From Flavipsychrobacter sp. (GTDB lineage: Bacteria > Bacteroidota > Bacteroidia > Chitinophagales > Chitinophagaceae): a stretch of 64,000 nt of DNA. Made by a program: the position numbers and the translations under genes. The stretch covers positions 74 through 64,073 of the forward strand of contig JAOQAP010000225.1 of NCBI GenBank assembly GCA_025963465.1, written 5' to 3'. Under the pieces are notes generated by a model. That model was not told the DNA's origin, made no database searches, and saw only the letters and a program-made list of their open reading frames with translations. Shown piece after piece: positions 55,486 through 64,000 of this stretch (the first letter of the stretch is position 1; the number at the start of each line of letters is the position of its first letter).

Positions 55486-56931
55486 ATGAAAAAGTTACTT
55501 TTACTCTTAGCTGCAGGCTCTATCGCGATGAACGTAGGAGCGCAGGACCGTCGGGTAATATCGACAATGCAGGGCCAGGAAGTTCCTGGAGATCATAAGA
55601 TCAATATCTCTGCTCTTCACAATGATGCAAAGTATATGCCTCAGGCAGTTACTCCGGGCGCACACAAAACTACAGGTGTTGGTAAGCGTTGGTACAACTA
55701 CGGTATTTACATGGGTTTAAAATCACAGTATGAAGTAAGTATTGGTAATTCTCTTTATGTTGACCAGTATTTTATGCCTATCTGGAATGATACCAACGTG
55801 TTTATAACCTATTCAACAGGTCCTGCTCACCTGAATATGCCATCTACTGGTAATGTTCTTGACCCTACGTTTGTTGGCTTCAACTCCAGCCTTTTGTATG
55901 GTACTGGCGCTATGATGCAGGTTAATGCTTCTAACGCTTATTCTGTCGATTCAGTAGTAGTACCGGGTGTTTATTATGGTGGTAGCAATGCTACTTCTCC
56001 TACTACAGAGGTAGATACATTGCGTCTTGTATTTGTATCTGGTGCCGGTGGTACCCACGCAAGTGGCGATAACATATTTGTTGCTTCTACAAGCGGTGGT
56101 CACTATGGTTCTATCTCTTTCCTGGATATTCCTTATGATAGTATCGTCAATACAGCTGTTTCTAACAACGGATCAGTAGCTATTGCAGGTAAAATGGATA
56201 TCCTGCTGAAAGTTGGTGATACTTCTACTTCTAAGGTATATGCTAAAGCTTATGAAATAAGCCCTGCAATTCCTGTTGCAGCAGGTAACTGGTTTGCTAC
56301 AAGTATTACTTACAAATCAAGCGAGGTTAAACCAATTATCCATTCACTTCCTGGTGATACAGTTATCGGTGCTGTTGCTCCGTACACAAGGTATAACATC
56401 TTCCGTCCTGTAGTTAACTTCTGGACAGCTACAGATCCTACTACTACTACATCACTTCTGCCAGCCTGGGCTCCATTCGTATCTACAGATAAGAACGAAG
56501 GTTTGTTTAAAAACTGGCCTAACTATTACAATGGATGGAAAGACATCTATGTACCAATGTGGGCATGGTCTACAGGCGGCGGTACAGGTGCATCTGTTCT
56601 TCAATATACTGAAGTTGGTTACCACCTGGTATGTCCATCATGTGCTGACGTGAACGTTGGTGTTACTACTATCGCAAACGAAAACAGCATACAGGCAGTA
56701 CCAAACCCTGCTAACAATGAAGTGAACATCACTTTCGCACTGGCAACAACTGCCGATGTAAAGGTTACACTTACAAACGTACTGGGCCAGGTAGTTGCTA
56801 CAAAAACTATCAGCAATACTGCTACCGGTAAAGCAACATTCAATACTGAAGCACTTTCTGCAGGTGTATATGTTTACACACTTACAGCTAACGGTGAAAC
56901 TTCTACAGGTCGTGTAGTAGTAGCTCACTAA
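55486..56931 (+). CDS. secreted protein of unknown function with T9SS type A C-terminal domain, family member 1 of 4
   Basis: 481 aa with a signal peptide. Conserved blocks RWYNYG, IWNDTNV, HLNMPS.GNVLDPTF, VDTLRLVFV.GAGG. C-terminal VPNPANNEVNITF...GVYVYTLTANGETSTGRVVVAH. Confidence 0.8.
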   Translation: MKKLLLLLAAGSIAMNVGAQDRRVISTMQGQEVPGDHKINISALHNDAKYMPQAVTPGAHKTTGVGKRWYNYGIYMGLKSQYEVSIGNSLYVDQYFMPIWNDTNVFITYSTGPAHLNMPSTGNVLDPTFVGFNSSLLYGTGAMMQVNASNAYSVDSVVVPGVYYGGSNATSPTTEVDTLRLVFVSGAGGTHASGDNIFVASTSGGHYGSISFLDIPYDSIVNTAVSNNGSVAIAGKMDILLKVGDTSTSKVYAKAYEISPAIPVAAGNWFATSITYKSSEVKPIIHSLPGDTVIGAVAPYTRYNIFRPVVNFWTATDPTTTTSLLPAWAPFVSTDKNEGLFKNWPNYYNGWKDIYVPMWAWSTGGGTGASVLQYTEVGYHLVCPSCADVNVGVTTIANENSIQAVPNPANNEVNITFALATTADVKVTLTNVLGQVVATKTISNTATGKATFNTEALSAGVYVYTLTANGETSTGRVVVAH

Positions 56932-56954
56932 GCTTTATAAATTATCTTTTTAAA

Positions 56955-56986
56955 AGAGGGTAGCGTTTTCGCTACCCTCTTTTTTT
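56955..56986 (+). terminator. rho-independent terminator after family member 1
   Basis: AGAGGGTAGCG-TTTT-CGCTACCCTCT (perfect 11-bp stem) followed by TTTTTT. Confidence 0.9.
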
Positions 56987-57082
56987 GTGGCTACCACGCT
57001 ACGTTATTCATTAGTTATTGTAAAGAATGATATAATACATTCGTTGTTTTGTTATAACTTTATATTACCTGAAACTTGTAAT

Positions 57083-58537
57083 ATGAAAAAGATACTTTTA
57101 CTCTTGGCTATTATCTGCATAGCATCCAACCTATATGCACAGAAGCGCAGCACACTGAGTACTGCAAGACTTGTAAATGACCGGGTAATAGATGTAGCTG
57201 TCATGCGGGCCGAAATGCAGAAAAGGTATGCAATGCCTGCAGGCGCTCGCAAAACAACTGCCACCCTTTCCCGCTGGTTCAGCTATTCAGATGCAATAGA
57301 TACGAAGGCACTTTATGAGCAGACTGTTGGTGTAGATGTAGCAACAGCGCTTACGAACATAACAATATGGAATGATACTAATGGCACAGCGCTGAATACC
57401 TCAGGTTTCGCGCACAATACAACCGTAAGCCAGGCGGATATTTTCGATCCTTGCGCACCATTGTTGAATAATAGCATGTTTTTTGCCGGGCAAATGGGAG
57501 TAGACACTCTGGATGCCTATACCTGCGACTCTGTGGATATATTTGGTCTTTATAGTTTCAATAAAACGAAGACAACGGTAGTAGATACTTTAAGGATATT
57601 ATTCACAAAAGGTGATCTGGGATTTCCGGCTACAACTAATGTCTGGGCAGATACCACCAGTGGCGGGCATTATGGCCCCATATATTTTTCCGGTATTAGC
57701 TATGACAGTACTGCTAATAAAGGAACAGGCTCGCAGGTGGCAGACCTTCACTACCAGGATGTGATCCTGGACAACAGCGGGCTTACACCGGCATGGGGCG
57801 ATACAATGGCTAATGGTATATGGACTAGAAGAATAGCTGTGAATGGCAGTGCCGGTATCAATGCTGCGGCGAAGGATAAACTTGGCTGGACGTTAACATT
57901 CATTAGCGGTGACCCCGAAACAAAAGGTGCAGGCAAACTGGCCAGCCCTACGCCGGGCGATACCCTGGTCACATCGTCATTCGCCGGGCAGAACGAATAC
58001 AATGTATGGCGCCCGCTGGTAAGATATTATACGATGCCAACAACGAGCCCTGTTCCGTCATGGGCGCCTTTCTATACTAATGATAGGAACGCGGGTTTAT
58101 GGAAGGACATCCCTAACTATTATAATGGTTGGGTGAACATCTATGTTCCTATGTGGTCATGGAGTGAAAAAGGAGGCGTTGGGGCGACGGTAAAACAATT
58201 CCCTGCCGTTTCCTGGCATGTTACCTGCACTACCTGCAAATTACTGAAATCAGGATCTACAGCCTTTACAGAAAACAGCGAACAAAACAATATAGTAAAT
58301 GTATACCCTGATCCTGCAAACAATGAAGTGAATATTACTTTCTCACTGGCAACTGCTGCAGATGTAAAGGTGACACTTACAAACTTACTTGGGCAGGTAG
58401 TGGCTACAAAAGCAGTTGATAATACAGCTGAGGGTATCGCAACATTCAATACTGCATCATTATCGCCGGGTGTGTATGTATATACGCTGCGGGCTAACGG
58501 AGAAACGGCTACGGGACGGGTGGTGGTAGCTCATTAA
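57083..58537 (+). CDS. secreted protein of unknown function with T9SS type A C-terminal domain, family member 2 of 4 (most divergent)
   Basis: Start at ATG 57083 (MKKILLLLAIICIASNLYAQ), 484 aa. Shares IWNDTNG, VDTLRILF, WAPF...DRNAGLWK..PNYYNGW..IYVPMW and the C-terminal sorting domain. Confidence 0.8.
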   Translation: MKKILLLLAIICIASNLYAQKRSTLSTARLVNDRVIDVAVMRAEMQKRYAMPAGARKTTATLSRWFSYSDAIDTKALYEQTVGVDVATALTNITIWNDTNGTALNTSGFAHNTTVSQADIFDPCAPLLNNSMFFAGQMGVDTLDAYTCDSVDIFGLYSFNKTKTTVVDTLRILFTKGDLGFPATTNVWADTTSGGHYGPIYFSGISYDSTANKGTGSQVADLHYQDVILDNSGLTPAWGDTMANGIWTRRIAVNGSAGINAAAKDKLGWTLTFISGDPETKGAGKLASPTPGDTLVTSSFAGQNEYNVWRPLVRYYTMPTTSPVPSWAPFYTNDRNAGLWKDIPNYYNGWVNIYVPMWSWSEKGGVGATVKQFPAVSWHVTCTTCKLLKSGSTAFTENSEQNNIVNVYPDPANNEVNITFSLATAADVKVTLTNLLGQVVATKAVDNTAEGIATFNTASLSPGVYVYTLRANGETATGRVVVAH

Positions 58538-58559
58538 AATAAGACCTTAAACCTATTGT

Positions 58560-60014
58560 ATGAAAAAAATACTTTTATTCTTGGCTGTAGTTTCTATCTC
58601 TATGAGCGTGGGAGCACAGGAGCGTAACGTGATGCTCATGCAAGGCCGTGAACTTATTGCTGACAGTAAGCTGAATAAGGCAGCCCTTAGGAATAGTCTT
58701 GGTAACAGCAGATATATGCCACAGGTGGTTGCTGACGGTGCGCATAAAACCACAGGTATAGGCAAACGCTGGTACAATTACGGTGAGTACATGAGATTAA
58801 AGTCTGCCTATGATGTAAGTGTTGGCGTTACTAATTATGTAGACCAGTATTATATTCCTATATGGAACGACACGAATGTTTGGGTAAGCTATATGGGCAG
58901 CCCTGCACACCTGAATATGCCATCTGTTGGTAATGTGCTCGACCCTACGTTCCCGGGTTTTAACTCCAGTCTTTTATATGGTAGTGGCTTTACCTTACAG
59001 GTAAATGCTTCAGAAGCATATAGTGTCGACTCAATAATAGTGCCGGGTCTTTATCAATACGGCAGCAAGTCTACACTTGCTGCTGCGGAGGTAGATACAC
59101 TTCGTCTTGTATTTGTAACAGGTGCAGGTGGTACTTATGCCAGTGGCGATAATATATTCGCTGCTACTACAGTTAGCAGCCACTATGGTACTGTCACCGT
59201 CCTGGATATTCCTTATGACAGCATCATCAATACATCAGCGTCTAATAACGGAATGGTTGCTATTGCAGGTAAAATGGATATTCTGTTGAGAAATAGTGAT
59301 ACATCTTCGACAAAGCTATATGCTAAAGCGTACGCAATAACTCCGGAAATACCTGTCCCTGCAGGTAACTGGGTGGCTACAAGTATCACTTACAAGAGCG
59401 GCGAACCGGATCCTGTTATTCATTTGCTTCCCGGTGATACTGTGATCGGTTCTGTTGCACCATACACCTATTATAATGTATTCCGCCCGGTAGTTAATTT
59501 CTGGACTACTACTGATCCTACAACAGTTACGGGTTTAGCCCCTGCGGCTTGGGCGCCATTCGGTACATATGACAAGAACGAAGGTTTATTTAAGACCTGG
59601 CCTAACTATGAGGGCGGATGGGGGGATATGTATGTTCCTATGTGGGGATTGGCTACCTCAAGTCCATCTAACCTGCAGTATCCTGAAGTGGCTTATCACG
59701 TAAAATGTCCATCTTGTTTAGACTGGTCACCTGGAGGGGACAATGTCAGAATAGTTGCGAACGATAACAAAATTAAAGCACTACCAAACCCCGCAGACAA
59801 TGAGCTGAATATATCATTTACATTAGGCAGTTCGTCAGATGTAAAAGTATCGCTCACCAATATGCTGGGGCAGGTAGTAGCTGCTGAACATATAAATAGT
59901 ACAACGGAAGGAAGTATAATATGGAACACAGGCAGCCTGCCAGCCGGTATGTATATATATAAGGTACAGGCAAATGGCGAGGTAACGACAGGGAAGGTAG
60001 TAGTAAGGCACTAA
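58560..60014 (+). CDS. secreted protein of unknown function with T9SS type A C-terminal domain, family member 3 of 4
   Basis: 484 aa, 22 nt after member 2. Same conserved blocks. Confidence 0.8.
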   Translation: MKKILLFLAVVSISMSVGAQERNVMLMQGRELIADSKLNKAALRNSLGNSRYMPQVVADGAHKTTGIGKRWYNYGEYMRLKSAYDVSVGVTNYVDQYYIPIWNDTNVWVSYMGSPAHLNMPSVGNVLDPTFPGFNSSLLYGSGFTLQVNASEAYSVDSIIVPGLYQYGSKSTLAAAEVDTLRLVFVTGAGGTYASGDNIFAATTVSSHYGTVTVLDIPYDSIINTSASNNGMVAIAGKMDILLRNSDTSSTKLYAKAYAITPEIPVPAGNWVATSITYKSGEPDPVIHLLPGDTVIGSVAPYTYYNVFRPVVNFWTTTDPTTVTGLAPAAWAPFGTYDKNEGLFKTWPNYEGGWGDMYVPMWGLATSSPSNLQYPEVAYHVKCPSCLDWSPGGDNVRIVANDNKIKALPNPADNELNISFTLGSSSDVKVSLTNMLGQVVAAEHINSTTEGSIIWNTGSLPAGMYIYKVQANGEVTTGKVVVRH

Positions 60015-60036
60015 TTATTAGGCTTAAGCACAGTAT

Positions 60037-61491
60037 ATGAAAAAAATACTTTTACTCTTAGCTGTAAGTTTTATCACCATGAACATGGGAGCGCAGGAGC
60101 GTGGAGTGATGCAACTGCAAGGTAGGGAGCTGCCCGGCGACCGTAACATAAATAAAGTAGCCCTGCGCAATAATGCTGATTACATCAGCAGGTATATGCA
60201 ACAGGTCCCTACTAATGGTGCCAGCAAAACTACAGGTGTACTCAAGCGCTGGTATAACTATGGTGAGTACATGAGATTACGGTCCGCATATGATGTAAGT
60301 GTTGGTATATCAAACTATGTAGATCAGTATTATATTCCTATATGGAACGATACGAACGTTTGGGTAAGTTATACAGGTAGCCCGGCTCACCTGAACATGC
60401 CTTCTGTAGGCAATGTACTTGACCCTACATTCCCCTTCTTCAATTCATGTATTTTATTTGGTACCGGTCCTTTGATGCAGGTCGGATCTGTCGATGCCTA
60501 CATTGTCGATTCTGTGATAGTGCCGGGCCTTTATCAGTATGGCAACAAGTCTACACTTGCTGCTGCAGAGGTCGATACACTTCGTCTTGTATTTGTAACA
60601 GGTGCTGGCGGCACCCATGCAAGCGGCGATAATATGTTTGCTGCTTATACGGTTAGCAGCCACTACGGTTCTATTGCCTTCCTGGATATTCCTTATGATA
60701 GTGTAGTCAATACATCAGCGTCTAATAACGGTTCGGTTGCTATTGCCGGTACAATGGATATTCTGCTGAAAAATAGTGATACTTCTGCTACTAAGCTATA
60801 TAACAAAGCTTATGAAATAAGCCCTGCAATTCCTGTTGCAGCAGGTAACTGGATAGCAACAAGTATCACTTATAAAAGCGGAGAGCCCGATCCCGCTATT
60901 CATTCACTGCCTGGCGATACTGTAATAGGCTCTGTTGCACCATATACATATTACAACATCTTTCGTCCTGTGGTCAATTTCTGGACAGCAATAGATCCTG
61001 CAACTATTACAGGATTAGCTCCTCCTGCGTGGGCTCCCTTTTCTACATCTGATAAGAATGAGGGATTATTTAAGACATGGCCTAACTATGAAGGTGGGTG
61101 GGAAAACATATATGTTTCCATGTGGGGATTAGCGTCATTAAGTCCCTCTAATCTCCAGTATACTGAAGTTAGCTATCATTTAATATGCTCTGCCTGTGAT
61201 CACATTTGGTGCTATGAGAATGTTAGTGCAATTGAGAACGAAAACAACATTAAAGCATTTCCTTCTCCTGCCGATAATGAGCTGAAAATAACTTTCGCAT
61301 TGGGTACAGCATCTGATGTTACTGTTGCACTTATCAATGTACTGGGGCAGGTGGTAGCTTCTGAACATATAATGAGTACAACAGAAGGAAGTATTATATG
61401 GAACACAACCCGCCTGCCTGCCGGTATGTATATATATATGGTGCAGGCAAATGGCGAGGTAACGACAGGGAAGGTGATGATTGAGCATTAA
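60037..61491 (+). CDS. secreted protein of unknown function with T9SS type A C-terminal domain, family member 4 of 4
   Basis: 484 aa, 22 nt after member 3. Same conserved blocks. Confidence 0.8.
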   Translation: MKKILLLLAVSFITMNMGAQERGVMQLQGRELPGDRNINKVALRNNADYISRYMQQVPTNGASKTTGVLKRWYNYGEYMRLRSAYDVSVGISNYVDQYYIPIWNDTNVWVSYTGSPAHLNMPSVGNVLDPTFPFFNSCILFGTGPLMQVGSVDAYIVDSVIVPGLYQYGNKSTLAAAEVDTLRLVFVTGAGGTHASGDNMFAAYTVSSHYGSIAFLDIPYDSVVNTSASNNGSVAIAGTMDILLKNSDTSATKLYNKAYEISPAIPVAAGNWIATSITYKSGEPDPAIHSLPGDTVIGSVAPYTYYNIFRPVVNFWTAIDPATITGLAPPAWAPFSTSDKNEGLFKTWPNYEGGWENIYVSMWGLASLSPSNLQYTEVSYHLICSACDHIWCYENVSAIENENNIKAFPSPADNELKITFALGTASDVTVALINVLGQVVASEHIMSTTEGSIIWNTTRLPAGMYIYMVQANGEVTTGKVMIEH

Positions 61492-61511
61492 TACCTATTA
61501 ATTAGTTACAT

Positions 61512-61549
61512 AAGAGGCTTTCCTTCCGTTTTGGGGTAGTCTCTTTTTT
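61512..61549 (+). terminator. probable rho-independent terminator after family member 4
   Basis: Imperfect hairpin AAGAGGCT...AGTCTCTT followed by TTTTTT. Confidence 0.45.
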
Positions 61550-61624
61550 GTTTTTCAAAACAATATTCTATTATTGCACACGCTTGGCCTGAATTTAGGC
61601 CTGCCGAAAATGTAAAAAACAGGA

Positions 61625-63964
61625 ATGGCAAAACATTTATTAATAGTGGAGTCGCCTGCCAAGGCCAAGACCATAGAGAAGATACTGGGCAGTGATTTCG
61701 AGGTGAAGTCTTGTTATGGCCATATTCGTGACCTGGAAAAGGAGAATATGGGCATAGACCTGAAAAATGGTTTTAAGGCTAAGTACAAGGTGTCGGATGA
61801 TAAGGTGAAGGTGGTAAAGGAACTGAAGGCAATTGCAAAAAAGTCTGAGGACGTATGGCTGGCAACGGATGAGGACCGTGAGGGTGAAGCCATATCATGG
61901 CATTTGTGCGAAGAACTCGGACTTGATCCGTATACAACAAAGCGTATCGTATTTCATGAGATCACCAAACCGGCCATACTGAAAGCTGTGGACAACCCGC
62001 GCCATGTGAACATGGACCTGGTGAATGCACAGCAGGCACGCCGTATATTGGACAGGATCGTAGGTTTTGAATTGTCGCCTGTATTATGGCGCAAAATGAG
62101 CATGCGTAACAACCTGTCTGCGGGTAGGGTACAGTCGGTAGCTGTAAGACTGATCGTAGAGCGTGAGCGCGATATTAATAAGTTCAACGTAGTGAGCAGC
62201 TTCAAGGTAGAAGCATTGTTCGCGGCAGATGATATTAATAAGAAGAAAGTAACCTTTAAAGCAGAAGGGCCGGATAAGATAGCAGACGCACAGGGAGCAA
62301 ATGCTTACCTGGAAAAATGTGTAGGCGCTACCTATACAGTAAAAGATGTGCAGGTGAAGCCGGGCAAAAAATCGCCGTCAGGGCCATTCACCACATCTAC
62401 CCTGCAGCAGGAAGCCAGCCGTAAGCTGGGCTACTCAGTATCAAAGACCATGTTGCTGGCACAAAAGCTGTATGAGAACGGGCATATCACCTATATGCGT
62501 ACCGACTCTGTGAACCTGTCTGAAACAGCAATAGACGCAGCAAGAGAAGCGATCTACTCGCAGTTTGGTGAGAAGTATCACCAGAAGCGCATCTATAAGA
62601 CTAAGAATGATTCAGCACAGGAAGCGCATGAAGCCATCAGGCCTACGGACATGAACGTAAATACCGCCGGTGATGCGGACACAAGCCGCCTGTACGAGCT
62701 GATATGGAAACGTACCATGGCCTGCCAGATGGCAGATGCAGTATTGGAGCGTACCATAGCTAAAATAAATGTATCTACCCAGGCCGACCCGCTGACCGCA
62801 ACAGGTGAAGTAATGCGTTTTGATGGTTTCCTGAAAGTATATAGTGAAGGAAAGGACGATGAGGATGGAGAAGATGAAACAGAAGGCATGCTGCCGCCGC
62901 TGGTAGCAGGGCAGGTGCTGGACATGCAGCGTATGCTGGCTACAGAGCGCTTCAGCCGCCCGCAGCCAAGATATACGGAAGCATCTCTGGTAAAGAAACT
63001 GGAAGAGCTGGGCATAGGCCGCCCGTCTACCTACGCACCTACCATCAGCACCGTGCAGCAGAGAGGATACGTGGAGAAGAGAGAGAAAGAAGGTGTAAGG
63101 CGTGAGTTCCAGATACTTACGTTACAGAATGATAAAATAACAGCAGATAAGAGCAGCGAGAATGTAGGCGCTGAAAAGAACAAGATGTTCCCTACCGACC
63201 TGGGCATGGTGGTTACGGATTTCCTCCGCGAACACTTCCATAAGGTAATGGACTATGACTTTACGGCCAAGATAGAAGCTGAATTTGATAATATAGCAGA
63301 AGGCAGACTACAGTGGAGCAAGATGCTGGCGGATTTCTATACTCCGTTCCATGAACTGGTAGAGCATACCATAGAAAATGCAGGCAGGGCAAAAGGCGAG
63401 CATGAGCTGGGTATAGACCCCGTGAGCGGCAAGCCTGTAGTTGCCCGGTTAGGCCGTTTTGGCCCTATGGTGCAGATAGGTGTGGCAGAGGGCGAAGAAA
63501 AGCCCAAATTTGCCAAGCTACGTGCCAACCAGAGCATTGAGACCATAACTATGGAGGAGGCTATGGAGCTCTTTAAGCTGCCAAGGAACCTCGGCCAGTT
63601 TGAGAACGAGGACGTGACGGTGAATATCGGCCGCTTTGGTCCATACGCACAGCACGCAGGCGCGTTCTACTCCCTGAAGAAGGAGATGGACCCTTACACG
63701 GTAGCTATGGAAGAAGTTGCCCCGCTGATAGAGGAGAAACGGAAAGCGAAACTGGAAAGCGAGATCAAGGTATTTGAGAAAGAAAAGATAAGGATACTGA
63801 AAGGCCCTTACGGAGCATATATAAAACAAGGATTGCGTAACTACAAGATCCCTAAGGAGAAAATAGAAACTGCCGCAGCGCTCACCATAGAAGAGGTAAA
63901 GGCCATAATAGAAGAGGTCAAAGCAAACCCTCCTAAAAAAGCACCGAGAGGCAAAAAGAAATAG
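61625..63964 (+). CDS. topA: DNA topoisomerase I (type IA)
   Basis: TOPRIM LLIVESPAKAKTIEKILG, acidic DxD motif ATDEDREGEAISWH, and active-site Tyr context GHITYMRTDS. 779 aa. Confidence 0.9.
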   Translation: MAKHLLIVESPAKAKTIEKILGSDFEVKSCYGHIRDLEKENMGIDLKNGFKAKYKVSDDKVKVVKELKAIAKKSEDVWLATDEDREGEAISWHLCEELGLDPYTTKRIVFHEITKPAILKAVDNPRHVNMDLVNAQQARRILDRIVGFELSPVLWRKMSMRNNLSAGRVQSVAVRLIVERERDINKFNVVSSFKVEALFAADDINKKKVTFKAEGPDKIADAQGANAYLEKCVGATYTVKDVQVKPGKKSPSGPFTTSTLQQEASRKLGYSVSKTMLLAQKLYENGHITYMRTDSVNLSETAIDAAREAIYSQFGEKYHQKRIYKTKNDSAQEAHEAIRPTDMNVNTAGDADTSRLYELIWKRTMACQMADAVLERTIAKINVSTQADPLTATGEVMRFDGFLKVYSEGKDDEDGEDETEGMLPPLVAGQVLDMQRMLATERFSRPQPRYTEASLVKKLEELGIGRPSTYAPTISTVQQRGYVEKREKEGVRREFQILTLQNDKITADKSSENVGAEKNKMFPTDLGMVVTDFLREHFHKVMDYDFTAKIEAEFDNIAEGRLQWSKMLADFYTPFHELVEHTIENAGRAKGEHELGIDPVSGKPVVARLGRFGPMVQIGVAEGEEKPKFAKLRANQSIETITMEEAMELFKLPRNLGQFENEDVTVNIGRFGPYAQHAGAFYSLKKEMDPYTVAMEEVAPLIEEKRKAKLESEIKVFEKEKIRILKGPYGAYIKQGLRNYKIPKEKIETAAALTIEEVKAIIEEVKANPPKKAPRGKKK

Positions 63965-64000
63965 AGTATAAAGCATCATGCAGTGGTAAGCCGCATGATG

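Noticed and set aside
56987-57082. N-terminal extensions in ORF-track models (56987, 54000-55331, 31972, 33441, 35193, 32078, 17142, 7783, 8705)
   Set aside because: In each case an internal ATG gives a canonical N-terminus (a signal peptide or a conserved family start). In several cases an exact TAnnTTTG box lies between the two candidate starts.
58622-58627. Isolated CGTAAC/GTTACG hexamers inside coding regions (for example 58622, 62104, 47071)
   Set aside because: Single occurrences at roughly background frequency. Only the clustered intergenic occurrences are treated as signal.
1-64000. tRNA, rRNA, tmRNA, RNase P, SRP RNA, transposases, integrases, prophage genes
   Set aside because: I scanned intergenic regions by eye for hallmark strings (the GGTTCGAATCC-type T-loop, GAGGAAAGTCC, and tmRNA or SRP conserved motifs) and scanned ORFs for DDE or tyrosine-recombinase motifs. 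None was found. Absence by eye is not proof.

Overview
This 64-kb chromosomal segment looks like Bacteroidota, probably a Chitinophagaceae-like organism. That is an inference from many type IX secretion (T9SS) C-terminal sorting domains and well-placed TAnnTTTG promoter boxes. I support about 53 protein-coding genes. I recognised no rRNA, tRNA, CRISPR array, transposase or integrase. Housekeeping genes (pth, hbd, rdgB, trxA, tsaE, trhO, fbp, nhaD, yhhQ, folP, proline dehydrogenase, topA) are interleaved with a heavy load of T9SS cargo, 12 genes in all. The cargo includes three tandem ~740-aa type-B-CTD paralogs (590-7605), a C10 cysteine peptidase, a 1271-aa SBBP-repeat protein, two tandem zincin metalloproteases, and four tandem ~481-484-aa paralogs of unknown function (55486-61491). 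The paralog arrays show mosaic similarity that suggests gene conversion. The most unusual signal is non-coding. The whole divergent intergenic region 36614-36997 is an array of about 31 GTTAC/GTAAC pentamers. It is built from a 92-bp tandem repeat with helically phased sites, lies next to a ~10% GC core, and is flanked by direct repeats. A smaller cluster of the same motif, sharing the 11-mer AAAGCGTAACA, sits at 42041-42121, and a GTTAC-N3-GTAAC palindrome sits at 19574-19588. All three are promoter-proximal. Other candidates for uncharacterised systems are an ECF sigma factor paired with a protein that combines a single TM helix, a ~400-aa low-complexity linker and an outer-membrane beta-barrel (26399-29112), and a Cys/His-rich envelope gene cluster that looks like metal handling (49198-53999). 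All functional calls come from motif recognition by eye; no database search was possible.
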